64,000 bases of DNA, taken from an uncultured archaeon. GTDB lineage: Archaea > Thermoplasmatota > Penumbrarchaeia > JASLWR01. Shown here in pieces: positions 40,301 through 48,809 of the stretch (position 1 is the stretch's first letter; the number at the start of each line of letters is the position of its first letter). A program made the translations under genes and the position numbers. The DNA lies in the NCBI GenBank assembly GCA_964342815.1, contig CAYFHS010000013.1:1-64000 (forward strand), given 5' to 3'. Below the pieces are notes generated by a model. It ran no database searches. It saw nothing but the letters and a program-made list of their open reading frames with translations, and was not told the DNA's origin.

Positions 40301-40388
40301 GAACCCGAATGTGATAGAGAATGAAAAATCTTCAGAAGATTATTTGGGAAGGGTTGAGAAATCCGAAGAATCGGAAATAGAAAAATGA
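37329..40388 (+). CDS. NosD/CASH beta-helix + ~4 PKD surface protein with TM anchor (paralogue of 8915-12889)
   Basis: GGGDYTHIQWAIDNA, GNYWSD, ADAGE/PKD repeats, DDDDVSPTDDDIDP linker, C-terminal TM. Confidence 0.85.
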   Translation: MFFYSELFPMSPPRAMVISLFLIFTFVCGILPPMGGEPTPPQSDGGRSRGTIVVNASGGGDYTHIQWAIDNASDGDTIKIHPGIYYENLVIDVSIQLVGTSKLNTIIDGQEQDTCILVLNDSVTIMNVNVINSGKNREDSGIMVSKNGKCIVRNCTINNHLRGIWLGGWRGVHFPKINNTIENNIISNNSFGILSEYSDYNQINNNSCFNNGIGISLNDSNRNIVVNNSCYQNRWYGISALASSNNNIVRNLVYQNNNTGISSYWSNSNSLINNTLSNNGNGIRLGGTKFHTLYNNKLENNGITLSDNDDLNELLTHTMDVSNLINGKPLYYWKNVTGGSIPSGAGQIILVNCSEVLVENQEIKNSSIGIFLGYSSRNTISRNKCSDNSNGIENCGIQLWYSDYNVVTENTFNSNAGDYAGHGIQLFFSNKNDISKNICNENDINGISIQYSNYNNVTNNTCNKNGFEGIYLYSSIINTISNSTFFSNELYAISINYLSEENTIFLNSFIDNNNGGDQAYDNGIGNKWNSSDKGNYWSDWNKPDTDSDGIIDTPYIIDSNLNSKDYYPLVAPPRNITPIADAGHSVIINQHEDVRFNSSNTIHRRLVINYTWSFIYDNINQSLYGPSPSFTFHTAGTYEVLLTVIGCFRQNSNDTVIVKVLDITYPIANAGNDTIIEVFGSMLFNASNSSDNVGISVYQWRFSYDNEERILFGETVSFGFDKCGVYVVTLNVRDEEGNSASDIINITVIDATAPIADAGENISIRTGETIIFDGTDSTDNVGIINYTWSFYYNRTDQNLYGSKSQFKFEIAGNFSVTLHVRDAIGLWDVDSIGINVIDNEKPNADAGEDVNINSNGSVHFQGNGSWDNEGIKNFTWTFEYNNSIITLYGSTPNFRFEIPGKYNVTLRVTDIEGNMGTDSLIVIVHPDKVIPSDDDDDVSPTDDDIDPTNDDVDPNDGSDARESGSGIPVWVWILLFFFIVAIITVLVFLIRNPNVIENEKSSEDYLGRVEKSEESEIEK

Positions 40389-40431
40389 TTTACGGCATCA
40401 TCCCAATCTATGGTCGGCATCTTCCTAAGAT

Positions 40432-40534
40432 GGTCGGTGTGTACCGACCTTGGAGGCAAAGCCTCCTTTATTACATTTTTTTTTATTTTGGGCTCGGGCC
40501 GCCGTTTGCCTGGGGGTCGGCGGCCCTCTTTAGT
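40432..40534 (-). repeat. 3'-intergenic structured repeat, copy B, directly downstream of the ACC gene
   Basis: Minus strand reads ACTAAAGAGGGCC-stem, A-rich spacer, GGAGGC-TTT-GCCTCC, GGTCGGT-ACAC-ACCGACC; same layout as copy A. Confidence 0.75.
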
Positions 40535-40564
40535 TATTTTCAAATTCTAATATATTACAAAAGA

Positions 40565-43500
40565 TCATTCCCATTCCACCTTCTCCAACCCCTCCACCAG
40601 TGCATTGTATATCCTCTCTCTTGCTTTTCCCGTAGATACCACCTCATGGGCCGTACCCACTATCTTCATTCGCTCCGCCGTGTTGTGTTTCCTGAATATT
40701 CGAATCCATTTCTTGACGTATTTGGGATACAATTCCTTTTCCCGTTCATCCAGCTTCTCATCTATATCCCTTACACGGTCCAGCTGGCCGGGATAGCGCT
40801 TCCTCTCATCATAGAGCTTGGCGAGAGCCGGGTCGTTTTTCCTCATATCCTTTCTTATCTCCCTCTCCACCAATGGTACCGATTCCATTCCCGACGGTTC
40901 CAGCACCGAGCCAGTGGCGTGCTCGTCCACGAGAAACTTTATATGATCGGGATTTATCTGGCTGTCCACCACCACCCACGCGCCGCCCCTGATCTCTGCG
41001 TAAGGCGGCATGTACAGTACAACTGGAAGATCATATTTCGACAGCTCGTCAACTATCATGGCTCCGTATTTCAGCACTTCCTCGAACAATTCCAGTTTGC
41101 CTCCCGCAAAACCCCGCCAGTTCGGCATTATGACAAGGGGCCGCCTCTCCCGCCTCATGAATTCGATCCACTGGGCCGTCTTGAAGGCCGAGTCGGGGTA
41201 CCAGACCTGCCCGAACTCCATTTTGTCCTTTGTTGCGGTGTCTGGGTCCGCCGGGTCGGCGGGAACGTGCTTGATCGAGGTTCCCGTTTCCACCGCTATG
41301 AAACCTATGGGCAGACCGCCCATGGTTGCCCGTCCCACGCGGACACCTCCGCCCCATTCAGCCATTTCTTCCTCTGCGCTGCCGCTGTCGAAGAGTATCT
41401 CCGCCAGCCTGAGGCCGTCATAGGATTTTGGCCGCTCCGCATCGGGGGCAGGTGGGCTGATAAGGCCGTTTGGCCCGATGAGAGCCTCCCCGATATCCCT
41501 TTCGATGGTATCATCGCAGCGGATCGACGGAGTTTTCTTTCCAACTACAGGCGGCAAACCCCGGATCCACCTCAGAAGGAGCCTGCATGCATCTCGCTCA
41601 TCCTCAGCTATGCGGTGACTGACACCGTTGGGACCCATAATCTCGGGACCTCCCAGTTCCCGGTTAGACGAAAATATCTTCTCACCGCCGTAAAGAGCAT
41701 TTAGAGCCCTGTAGCCGGTGAGGATTATTTCCGATTGCCTCGTCTGTATGACTCGCTTTAAAAGCCGAACGTTATAGGATATGATACCAGTACAGGTGTC
41801 GGTTATGATAGCCATGGTTGGCACGGAGTGGAATGCCATGGATGAAGCACGGGCCGTTCTTGCCGAGCCCGAAAGGTTCTCCTGGTTCAATTCAGGGGAG
41901 CTTTTTATTATCGAGCTTATTACCCACCGCCGCTGTTCAGTGCCGTTGATGATAACCTTTCTTTCATGGGCCTCGACATTATCGCCGTGTATACGGTAAT
42001 CCGGCTCAGTAAGATACAAATATTCTCCGTCAATATCCGCACGTATCCCCGGGACTCCTCCGATGATACTCGTGACAACATAACTTTCCTCGCCCCCTGT
42101 CTTTCCGCCAATCCGCGGGCGGGCCATTACCAGTGGTTTTAATAGCTTGTAATCAGAAGCGCTAAGGTACAGTTCATCGGATTCGTCATCATAGTTCAGG
42201 CTGTGGCTGACGAGACGATCCAACCCTATTCTAGCCCCGCTGCCCTCTGCAAAATAGACAAATGGAATTCCCTCGGCGGTGGCCAGCTCCGACGCAGCAG
42301 CGTAGGTCATATCTTCACGTATGGCCACGGAACCGCCACGAATGGTCATGTCTCCCGAAACTATTACAATATTCCGTCCTTTCGGAGCTTCAGGTGTTTT
42401 TATGTGGACCTTCCATACTACTATGGAAAGAATACTTCTCTCAGGAGCCCGCTCGATGGGGACGAGATGACACGAACGGTCAAGTATCAGTTCATTTGCA
42501 CTGAAGATATTGTCCGGTTTTGCCATACCGGATTCACCCCATATCTTTTCCAGCTCACCCTCTATGAGGGCAGGCCGGTCATACACGTAGACCTTCCCTC
42601 TGCTTCGGCGCGCCTGCCTCTTTCGATCCAGACGGTCCAGGTCGCGGTATAGCTCGTCAAGTTTCTGCCAAGCTTCTTCCGGAGGTGAGTAGTCAGCATC
42701 TTTCAGGCTGTGCTCAAATTCCTCATTGGGTATGATCGCTCTGGTAGGCTCGGACTCCCCGGGAAATGTGTGTTCCATGATAACATAAGGTTTGAATTGC
42801 AGCATCTGACCTGTGGGATTGTCCACAACTATCAAAATCTCCACGGATTTTTCCGGGCGATACGATGAATAAGCCCAGCCGTGTATCTCAGTACGGGTCA
42901 GGTCCACGTCTGCATAATCTCTTAGATGGTGCTGCATCTTCACAAGGATTCTCCGCGTCTCTGTCCAGGACAATCGTATGGGCCTCACGAACCTGAGGTA
43001 TATCTGATTATTATGTGTCTTAGCCCCCGTAGCCGCATAGGATATGCGGAGATGGCGGAGCGAAGCCCGGAACGCCTCCTTGGCTGCAGGGAACGTGGGT
43101 CCATCCTCCCCCATGACAATGCGGGAATTGCGGATCATGGTCCTAACGTAAATTCGATTCTCTATTTCCGGATAATCCCGACCCCTTGGATTTTGTTTCA
43201 AGTAATGATAAAGGTGTACGTTCATATCGCTGGACGGTAGTTTAGCCATGTAATTCGCAAATGGTTCAAGCTGCCTTATGTTTAGAACATGACCCAGTGA
43301 CGGGTGAAGGTCCCTATAAAGCCGGTCTTCAACATATTCCCCATCCTTGCCAAGGGGTCGGAATGTATAAAGACCGGGATAGTTCTCGTTGCTGTCCCGC
43401 ACCACAAAGGTTATCCTTCGTAGCATTGCGTGCCCCAGAGAGTTATTTATCGTATCTCTGAGAATGGCGGATAACTGGTCGCTGTCGGCAGCATCCGATG

Positions 43501-46500
43501 GTCTCGAGATAAGCAACTCTATTACGTCGTCGAGATGTGGTGAGTCCGGTTCGCTTAACCACATGCTTTCCAGTTTTGAGTATAATCGGAGTAATAGCTC
43601 TTCCATGGTTTCCCCAGGCAGTACCAAGCTCACCAATCCAATCCTGAAATGATTCGACCTCTCATCCCGGAACCTCCAAATATACGTCCTTTTACCTTCT
43701 GGCGATTTCTCATAAACGCAGCTAAGGTCCGGGTGCCGCCTGTAAGCTCTGAGAATTATTAGCTTTCCTGCCAACCTCCTCAATCCGGTCCTGCCGGTGA
43801 GCAGGTATCCGATTAGCCGTCCCATAAATGATTCGGAGGCCTCCATGAGAGCGCCGATGATCCGCTCCTTAGCTTCCTTATCCCCCGACTCTTCCGCTTC
43901 GAGGATCTGCTCCATCATTTCATCAAGGTCCTGAGAGGTTCCCGATTTAAGGGAAAGAAGATAAAGAAGTTCTTCCGCCTTTGCCACTATCTCTCGATAC
44001 TGGTCGTTGTAACCCAAGGATACAACTGCTTTAAGATCGTCGGCAATGCTCCGATAATCCATCACCGACAAACCGTCGAGGAGGCGAGAGAGGACATAAC
44101 GCTTCAAATCGAGCTGGGCGTGGGAGCGAGCTAACGTGTGAAAATCCACTGGATCATTGATAATATCGATGGCCTCGAGCGCAGCGGCAACATTCACACC
44201 GCCGCTGAAATGCCTCTCGTCCCGATAGAAACGTTCGCTCAGTGTAGAAAGAAATGAAATCCATTCACTCTCGTTAACAACCTCTCTGAGTCGGAGCGAC
44301 TCTTCCAAGAGAAGCTCGACAATTGCCGCAGGATATGAATACCCGCTCAGGATGAACTCCAGCGGTTCACGAAGTGAATTAAGAGCTATAGGTGGAGAAA
44401 TGGAACGGAATTGAGCAAGGGTTACTTCCTTGTTTTCGCCTAACAGAGAATACCACAAATCCTCTATTCGTTTATCCGGTACTACCTTTGTTTCCTCCCT
44501 GCATATCTCATTATCCGTCTCCCCTTCGAAGCGGACAAGTATGGCACCGGCTTCCACACTGTCCCCTGTCTTAACAAGGATCTCTGAAACCATTCCTTCG
44601 AGTGGGGTTTCGAGAGATGTGATCATTTTCATCGCTTCGAGGCTCAGAAGAGTGTCGCCTTCCTCCACTCTAGATCCGGCTTCCACAAGAATTTCGGTAA
44701 CTGTCCCACTGAGCGGAGCTCTAAAAGTCGTTGGATCAAGGTCTGTGGTGAATGTTGTTGTACGTCCCCCTATCTCGATATGACTTTCTACCACCTCATC
44801 TGTGCGATATACTCTGAGAATCTCACCGCCGGCCTCGAAGAGATAACTTCCAAACGGGTCATTCTCCCAGAAACGCACAGATGCGGTCATACCGCACAAT
44901 GTAACGTTATACAGATCCACCCCCGCCTCGCGGACGTAGATCTCATAGATATTGCCTCTGTACCGGACTCTCGTAATGGAAGTATTGGCCATTAGCGTAG
45001 GTCGAATCGTCTGACCGGTTTTAATACAAGAAAGAAACTGCATCCTCAGGTCCGCTTTCCTCACGTTCAGGTCAATAAGTGCCATTGCCATAAGTGCAAG
45101 ATCAGGCCTTTCAGTAACACTACCCACGGCGGAATCTCTCTTCTTTATGATTTCCGGGACCCAGCCCGTATGTATATTTTTACCGTCAATGTATTCGGGA
45201 TCTCGCAACAGGTCCATGGCGAAACCCGTGGACGTAAGTATTCCCCTGTATCGGAGTCGATCCAGGAAGGAGATCATGTGCAGTCTTGCTTCCTCCCGGT
45301 TCTTTCCTTTGGATACCACATGGCCGATCTGACTGTCGGCAAAAGAATGAACCATTCCTCCCGGCCCATGACTGAAATAATAGCGAGGAGTATTGGGATC
45401 CGTGGGCGGTATTTCAATATCCTTCACAGTTCCTGACTGAGGGCTGAATCCCGCGTCGGGATTTTCCGCTAATAACCGGACCGATAGGCTGTGCCCGTAG
45501 GAGGTAAAATCCAAGCCGCGGTTCCTCAATTCGGGGGACAGCGGAATTCCCATGGCTACCTTCAACTGTTCGACCACCAGGTCAAGACCCGGAATGAGTG
45601 CTTCCGTTGCGATGTGTTCCACCTGCAGACGTGTATTCATTTCCATGAAATACGGATTTCCTCGGTCGTCCACCAGGAACTCCACCGTTCCAGCACCCTG
45701 GTATCCAACCGAAATAGCGGCGGACACGGATGCTTTACGAATACGTTGGCGGGTTTCTTCTGAAATGGGTATGCCGACCCCTGCTTCCTCGATCAGTTTC
45801 TGATTATGCCGCTGTATGGAGCATTCGCGTTCACCTAGTGCCACCACGTTCCCATGACAGTCCGCCAGTATCTGTTCCTCCACGTGGCGGATTCCTCCGA
45901 TTGCAGCTTTTTCCATAAAGACTACTTCGTTTCCGAAGGCTGCCCTGGATTCCGCACGAGCCGCGTTGAAGCCGCTTTCAAGCTCGCCCCTATTATTAAC
46001 GAAGCGGATACCACGCCCACCCCCGCCAGCGGTGGCTTTTATTGCCACGGGAAACCCGATCCTCCTTGAAATCTCTGCTGCTCTACCGAAGGTATGCACG
46101 CCGAAATTATCGTATGCAATCCGGTACAGGTCCCCCTTCATCTCGAGTATTTTTTCCCCGCCCCTTGTGAATAATAACTTTTCGATTTCATCAATCTTGT
46201 TTATATTATCCTGGATGACGTCGTAGCTCCCGCTCCACCTCAGCATGGGAACCCCTGCAGCCTGCATGATCAATTTTGACATGATCTTGTCGCCCATGGC
46301 TCTCATGGCGTTGACCGGCGGACCGATGAAAACGAGACCTCTATCATGAACTTTCTTGGCGAACTCAACATTCTCGGCAAGATGACCCCAACCAACGGCA
46401 ACTGAGTCGCATCGGTACTCTTGGGCGATTCGAAGCACCTTGTCCTGGTTCTGGTATGTATCCGTAGGACGGGTCCCGTCCAGTCGTGCGATCTCGATAC

Positions 46501-46828
46501 CGAATTGTTTCAGATACCCGGGTCGTCCCACTGCATCTTCGTTGCTATCACCGATCCAATCGGCATCGGAGGCCAGGGCTACGATCTGGATGAGATTTGA
46601 GTTTGTGCCCCCGGATATAATATAGGAAAGTGATTTTATACCCTGGATGAGACGCAGGGCGGACAAGCCGTTATTAACGATAAGAATTCGGCAGAAAGTT
46701 CTTTCCGGCATGCCGCTTTGTTCCTCAATAAAATTTCTAATAACAGAAATACTATTTTTTGTCTTATGAGAAAGTGTATTGGAAGATCCCGTCTTTCCTT
46801 TGATTTTTTTTTCCAGAACTGCGTTCAT
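40565..46828 (-). CDS. acc: Single-chain, eukaryote-type acetyl-CoA carboxylase (BC-BT-BCCP-central-CT)
   Basis: Uninterrupted ORF of ~2,090 aa. BC: ILIVNNG, GWGHLAEN, GPPVNAMRAMGDK, IKATAGGGGRGIR, EMNTRLQVEH, HSFADSQIGH. BCCP: EAMKM (Lys codon 44627-44629). CT: GSGARIG, GGPEIMGPNGVSH, GQVWYPDSAFKTAQ, NWRGFAGG, EIRGGAWVV. Start inferred at ATG 46828 (track: 46891). Confidence 0.93.
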   Translation of the reverse strand: MNAVLEKKIKGKTGSSNTLSHKTKNSISVIRNFIEEQSGMPERTFCRILIVNNGLSALRLIQGIKSLSYIISGGTNSNLIQIVALASDADWIGDSNEDAVGRPGYLKQFGIEIARLDGTRPTDTYQNQDKVLRIAQEYRCDSVAVGWGHLAENVEFAKKVHDRGLVFIGPPVNAMRAMGDKIMSKLIMQAAGVPMLRWSGSYDVIQDNINKIDEIEKLLFTRGGEKILEMKGDLYRIAYDNFGVHTFGRAAEISRRIGFPVAIKATAGGGGRGIRFVNNRGELESGFNAARAESRAAFGNEVVFMEKAAIGGIRHVEEQILADCHGNVVALGERECSIQRHNQKLIEEAGVGIPISEETRQRIRKASVSAAISVGYQGAGTVEFLVDDRGNPYFMEMNTRLQVEHIATEALIPGLDLVVEQLKVAMGIPLSPELRNRGLDFTSYGHSLSVRLLAENPDAGFSPQSGTVKDIEIPPTDPNTPRYYFSHGPGGMVHSFADSQIGHVVSKGKNREEARLHMISFLDRLRYRGILTSTGFAMDLLRDPEYIDGKNIHTGWVPEIIKKRDSAVGSVTERPDLALMAMALIDLNVRKADLRMQFLSCIKTGQTIRPTLMANTSITRVRYRGNIYEIYVREAGVDLYNVTLCGMTASVRFWENDPFGSYLFEAGGEILRVYRTDEVVESHIEIGGRTTTFTTDLDPTTFRAPLSGTVTEILVEAGSRVEEGDTLLSLEAMKMITSLETPLEGMVSEILVKTGDSVEAGAILVRFEGETDNEICREETKVVPDKRIEDLWYSLLGENKEVTLAQFRSISPPIALNSLREPLEFILSGYSYPAAIVELLLEESLRLREVVNESEWISFLSTLSERFYRDERHFSGGVNVAAALEAIDIINDPVDFHTLARSHAQLDLKRYVLSRLLDGLSVMDYRSIADDLKAVVSLGYNDQYREIVAKAEELLYLLSLKSGTSQDLDEMMEQILEAEESGDKEAKERIIGALMEASESFMGRLIGYLLTGRTGLRRLAGKLIILRAYRRHPDLSCVYEKSPEGKRTYIWRFRDERSNHFRIGLVSLVLPGETMEELLLRLYSKLESMWLSEPDSPHLDDVIELLISRPSDAADSDQLSAILRDTINNSLGHAMLRRITFVVRDSNENYPGLYTFRPLGKDGEYVEDRLYRDLHPSLGHVLNIRQLEPFANYMAKLPSSDMNVHLYHYLKQNPRGRDYPEIENRIYVRTMIRNSRIVMGEDGPTFPAAKEAFRASLRHLRISYAATGAKTHNNQIYLRFVRPIRLSWTETRRILVKMQHHLRDYADVDLTRTEIHGWAYSSYRPEKSVEILIVVDNPTGQMLQFKPYVIMEHTFPGESEPTRAIIPNEEFEHSLKDADYSPPEEAWQKLDELYRDLDRLDRKRQARRSRGKVYVYDRPALIEGELEKIWGESGMAKPDNIFSANELILDRSCHLVPIERAPERSILSIVVWKVHIKTPEAPKGRNIVIVSGDMTIRGGSVAIREDMTYAAASELATAEGIPFVYFAEGSGARIGLDRLVSHSLNYDDESDELYLSASDYKLLKPLVMARPRIGGKTGGEESYVVTSIIGGVPGIRADIDGEYLYLTEPDYRIHGDNVEAHERKVIINGTEQRRWVISSIIKSSPELNQENLSGSARTARASSMAFHSVPTMAIITDTCTGIISYNVRLLKRVIQTRQSEIILTGYRALNALYGGEKIFSSNRELGGPEIMGPNGVSHRIAEDERDACRLLLRWIRGLPPVVGKKTPSIRCDDTIERDIGEALIGPNGLISPPAPDAERPKSYDGLRLAEILFDSGSAEEEMAEWGGGVRVGRATMGGLPIGFIAVETGTSIKHVPADPADPDTATKDKMEFGQVWYPDSAFKTAQWIEFMRRERRPLVIMPNWRGFAGGKLELFEEVLKYGAMIVDELSKYDLPVVLYMPPYAEIRGGAWVVVDSQINPDHIKFLVDEHATGSVLEPSGMESVPLVEREIRKDMRKNDPALAKLYDERKRYPGQLDRVRDIDEKLDEREKELYPKYVKKWIRIFRKHNTAERMKIVGTAHEVVSTGKARERIYNALVEGLEKVEWE

Positions 46829-47016
46829 TTTATCACACGGATGCGGGATGACATCTCGGCATTTACTTGCCGTATTAAAGCTTTGCCTCACTATTAACCA
46901 AGCTGTTCAGTAAAATGAGTAATTTCAACCATTAAATGAAACCGATAAAAAAAGATAATAGGAAGGTCCGTATCACGTGGTACAGTAGTCGTTAACAATA
47001 ACTAGAAGGTGTACTG

Positions 47017-48249
47017 ATGGATCTGAATGATGTATTTCAAAGGATAGACGATTATTCGCAACAGATGTATGACACGTTGATGGACGTGTGCAAAATAAAG
47101 GCTCTGGCTCCCGAGAATGAGGGTGACGGAGAACTCGATAAAGCCGAATTCCTGATCAAAGTGCTCAAGGATTCCGGGATCGAAGACGCTAGGATAATTA
47201 AAGCACCGGACGCAAGGGTGACCTGTGGATTCAGACCAAACGTCATCGCAGTTCTCGAAGGCAGCAGGCCGGAGCTGGGTACCATATGGTCCGTTGCTCA
47301 TATCGATGTGGTGCCGCCGGGGGACCTGGGGCTCTGGAACACGGAGCCATATGAGCCGGTGGAAACAGACGAAAAGATAATCGGAAGAGGGGTGGAGGAC
47401 AACACCCAGTCATTGATCGCCTCGCTATTTGCCGCCCGTGCGGTCAGGGATTCCGGGATAGGTCATGAATACAATATCGGGCTCGCCTTTGTGGCAGACG
47501 AGGAAGTCGGCTCAAAGTACGGCATCAAATATCTGGTGGAGAACACCGAGCTATTCGACCGGGAGAAGGACCTCATCGTGGTCCCCGATTCGGGAAATCC
47601 GGAAAGCGATTTCGTGGAGGTTTCCGAGAAGAGCATCATGTGGTTAAAGGTCACCACCACGGGAAAACAATGTCACGCATCAAGCCCCGAGCGGGGCAAT
47701 AACGCTTACCGTGCCGCAATGAAATTCTTGCTGAAGGCTGACGAGTATCTACACGAAAGATACGGACTTTCCGATCCGCTATTCGATCCTCCGATCTCCA
47801 CCTTCGAGCCAACGAAGAAGCTGGCTAACGTCGGAAACGTGAACACAATACCCGGTGAGGATGTTTCCTATTTCGATATGAGGATCCTTCCCGATTACGA
47901 TCCCGATGCGATCCTTGCGGACATGGAGGAGATCGCCCGTGAGATTGAACAGGAGACCGGAGTAACGATAAATTTCGAAAAGGAGAATTACGACCGGGCG
48001 GCACCGCCGACGCCTCCGGATGCCCCGGTGGTGAAAAAGCTCATGAAGGCGATAAAGAGGGTATATGACAATCAGCCGAAACCGGGGGGGATCGGCGGAG
48101 GCACTTGCGCAGCCATCTTCAGAAGGGCGGGGTACAATGCCGTGGTCTGGAGCACCATTGACGAACAGGCTCACGCGCCCAACGAGTACATCTACAAGAA
48201 GAATCTTATCAATGACAGTAAGGTATTCGCTACGCTTTTTACCGAATGA
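47017..48249 (+). CDS. M20 family metallopeptidase/deacylase (ArgE/DapE-like)
   Basis: AHIDVVPPG, GRGVEDN, ADEEVGS, QAHAPNE metal-ligand motifs. Confidence 0.92.
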   Translation: MDLNDVFQRIDDYSQQMYDTLMDVCKIKALAPENEGDGELDKAEFLIKVLKDSGIEDARIIKAPDARVTCGFRPNVIAVLEGSRPELGTIWSVAHIDVVPPGDLGLWNTEPYEPVETDEKIIGRGVEDNTQSLIASLFAARAVRDSGIGHEYNIGLAFVADEEVGSKYGIKYLVENTELFDREKDLIVVPDSGNPESDFVEVSEKSIMWLKVTTTGKQCHASSPERGNNAYRAAMKFLLKADEYLHERYGLSDPLFDPPISTFEPTKKLANVGNVNTIPGEDVSYFDMRILPDYDPDAILADMEEIAREIEQETGVTINFEKENYDRAAPPTPPDAPVVKKLMKAIKRVYDNQPKPGGIGGGTCAAIFRRAGYNAVVWSTIDEQAHAPNEYIYKKNLINDSKVFATLFTE

Positions 48250-48338
48250 GTTAAGGAAATTATGATTCGATGTTCACAACTATAGAGAATGCTATCTTCG
48301 GAGTAAAATTCACGGAGACGTAGAATCCGGATCAACGC

Positions 48339-48809
48339 TCAAAGGAAGACGTTTTTCTTGATCTCCGACCTTGTTATGGTGCCGTCTTCACCGATAGCTA
48401 TGATATATGACCAATCATCTTTTCTTTTAAAAAAACGTGAAGAATCGGTTAGGTTATCCGTCTTCGAAAATCGGACATCTCCGCTGGGATGAAAATGTAT
48501 GACCACCTGTATAATATTGGGTTTCAAATATTTTCTATAACTTATGGGAGCGTCACAACTATTAAACGTACCAACATCCCCAATTTCGTAATCGATCAGT
48601 TGATTGGTACCTCTATCGATAAAAGCTATAGCACATGCCTCTCTCCATTGATTCATCCTGCAGAATTCAATTAATTTTTTTTCCACCTTAAAAAGGCTTC
48701 TCAATTTCTCCGAGTTGAAAAAATCCTTAATCGATTTTCTAACTCCTACCGGATTTAATACGGGGTCCCTGTTCTCTATTTGGTTTAGTATTTTATACAA
48801 TACCTTCAC
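48339..48809 (-). CDS. Stand-alone JAB/MPN+ (JAMM) domain protein
   Basis: HFHPSGDVRFSKTD matches HxH-x7-S-x2-D; upstream Glu in WREACAIAF. Confidence 0.7.
   Translation of the reverse strand: MKVLYKILNQIENRDPVLNPVGVRKSIKDFFNSEKLRSLFKVEKKLIEFCRMNQWREACAIAFIDRGTNQLIDYEIGDVGTFNSCDAPISYRKYLKPNIIQVVIHFHPSGDVRFSKTDNLTDSSRFFKRKDDWSYIIAIGEDGTITRSEIKKNVFL

Noticed and set aside
40385-41704. 439-aa plus-strand ORF
   Set aside because: Antisense shadow of the ACC CT domain; no recognisable motifs.
40565-46891. ACC as eukaryotic contamination
   Set aside because: No introns, archaeal flanks and a host repeat at its 3' end argue for native DNA. An assembly chimera cannot be fully excluded without reads.
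48339-48809. JAB protein as part of a CBASS or ubiquitin-like operon
   Set aside because: No CD-NTase, E1/E2 or Ubl gene nearby.
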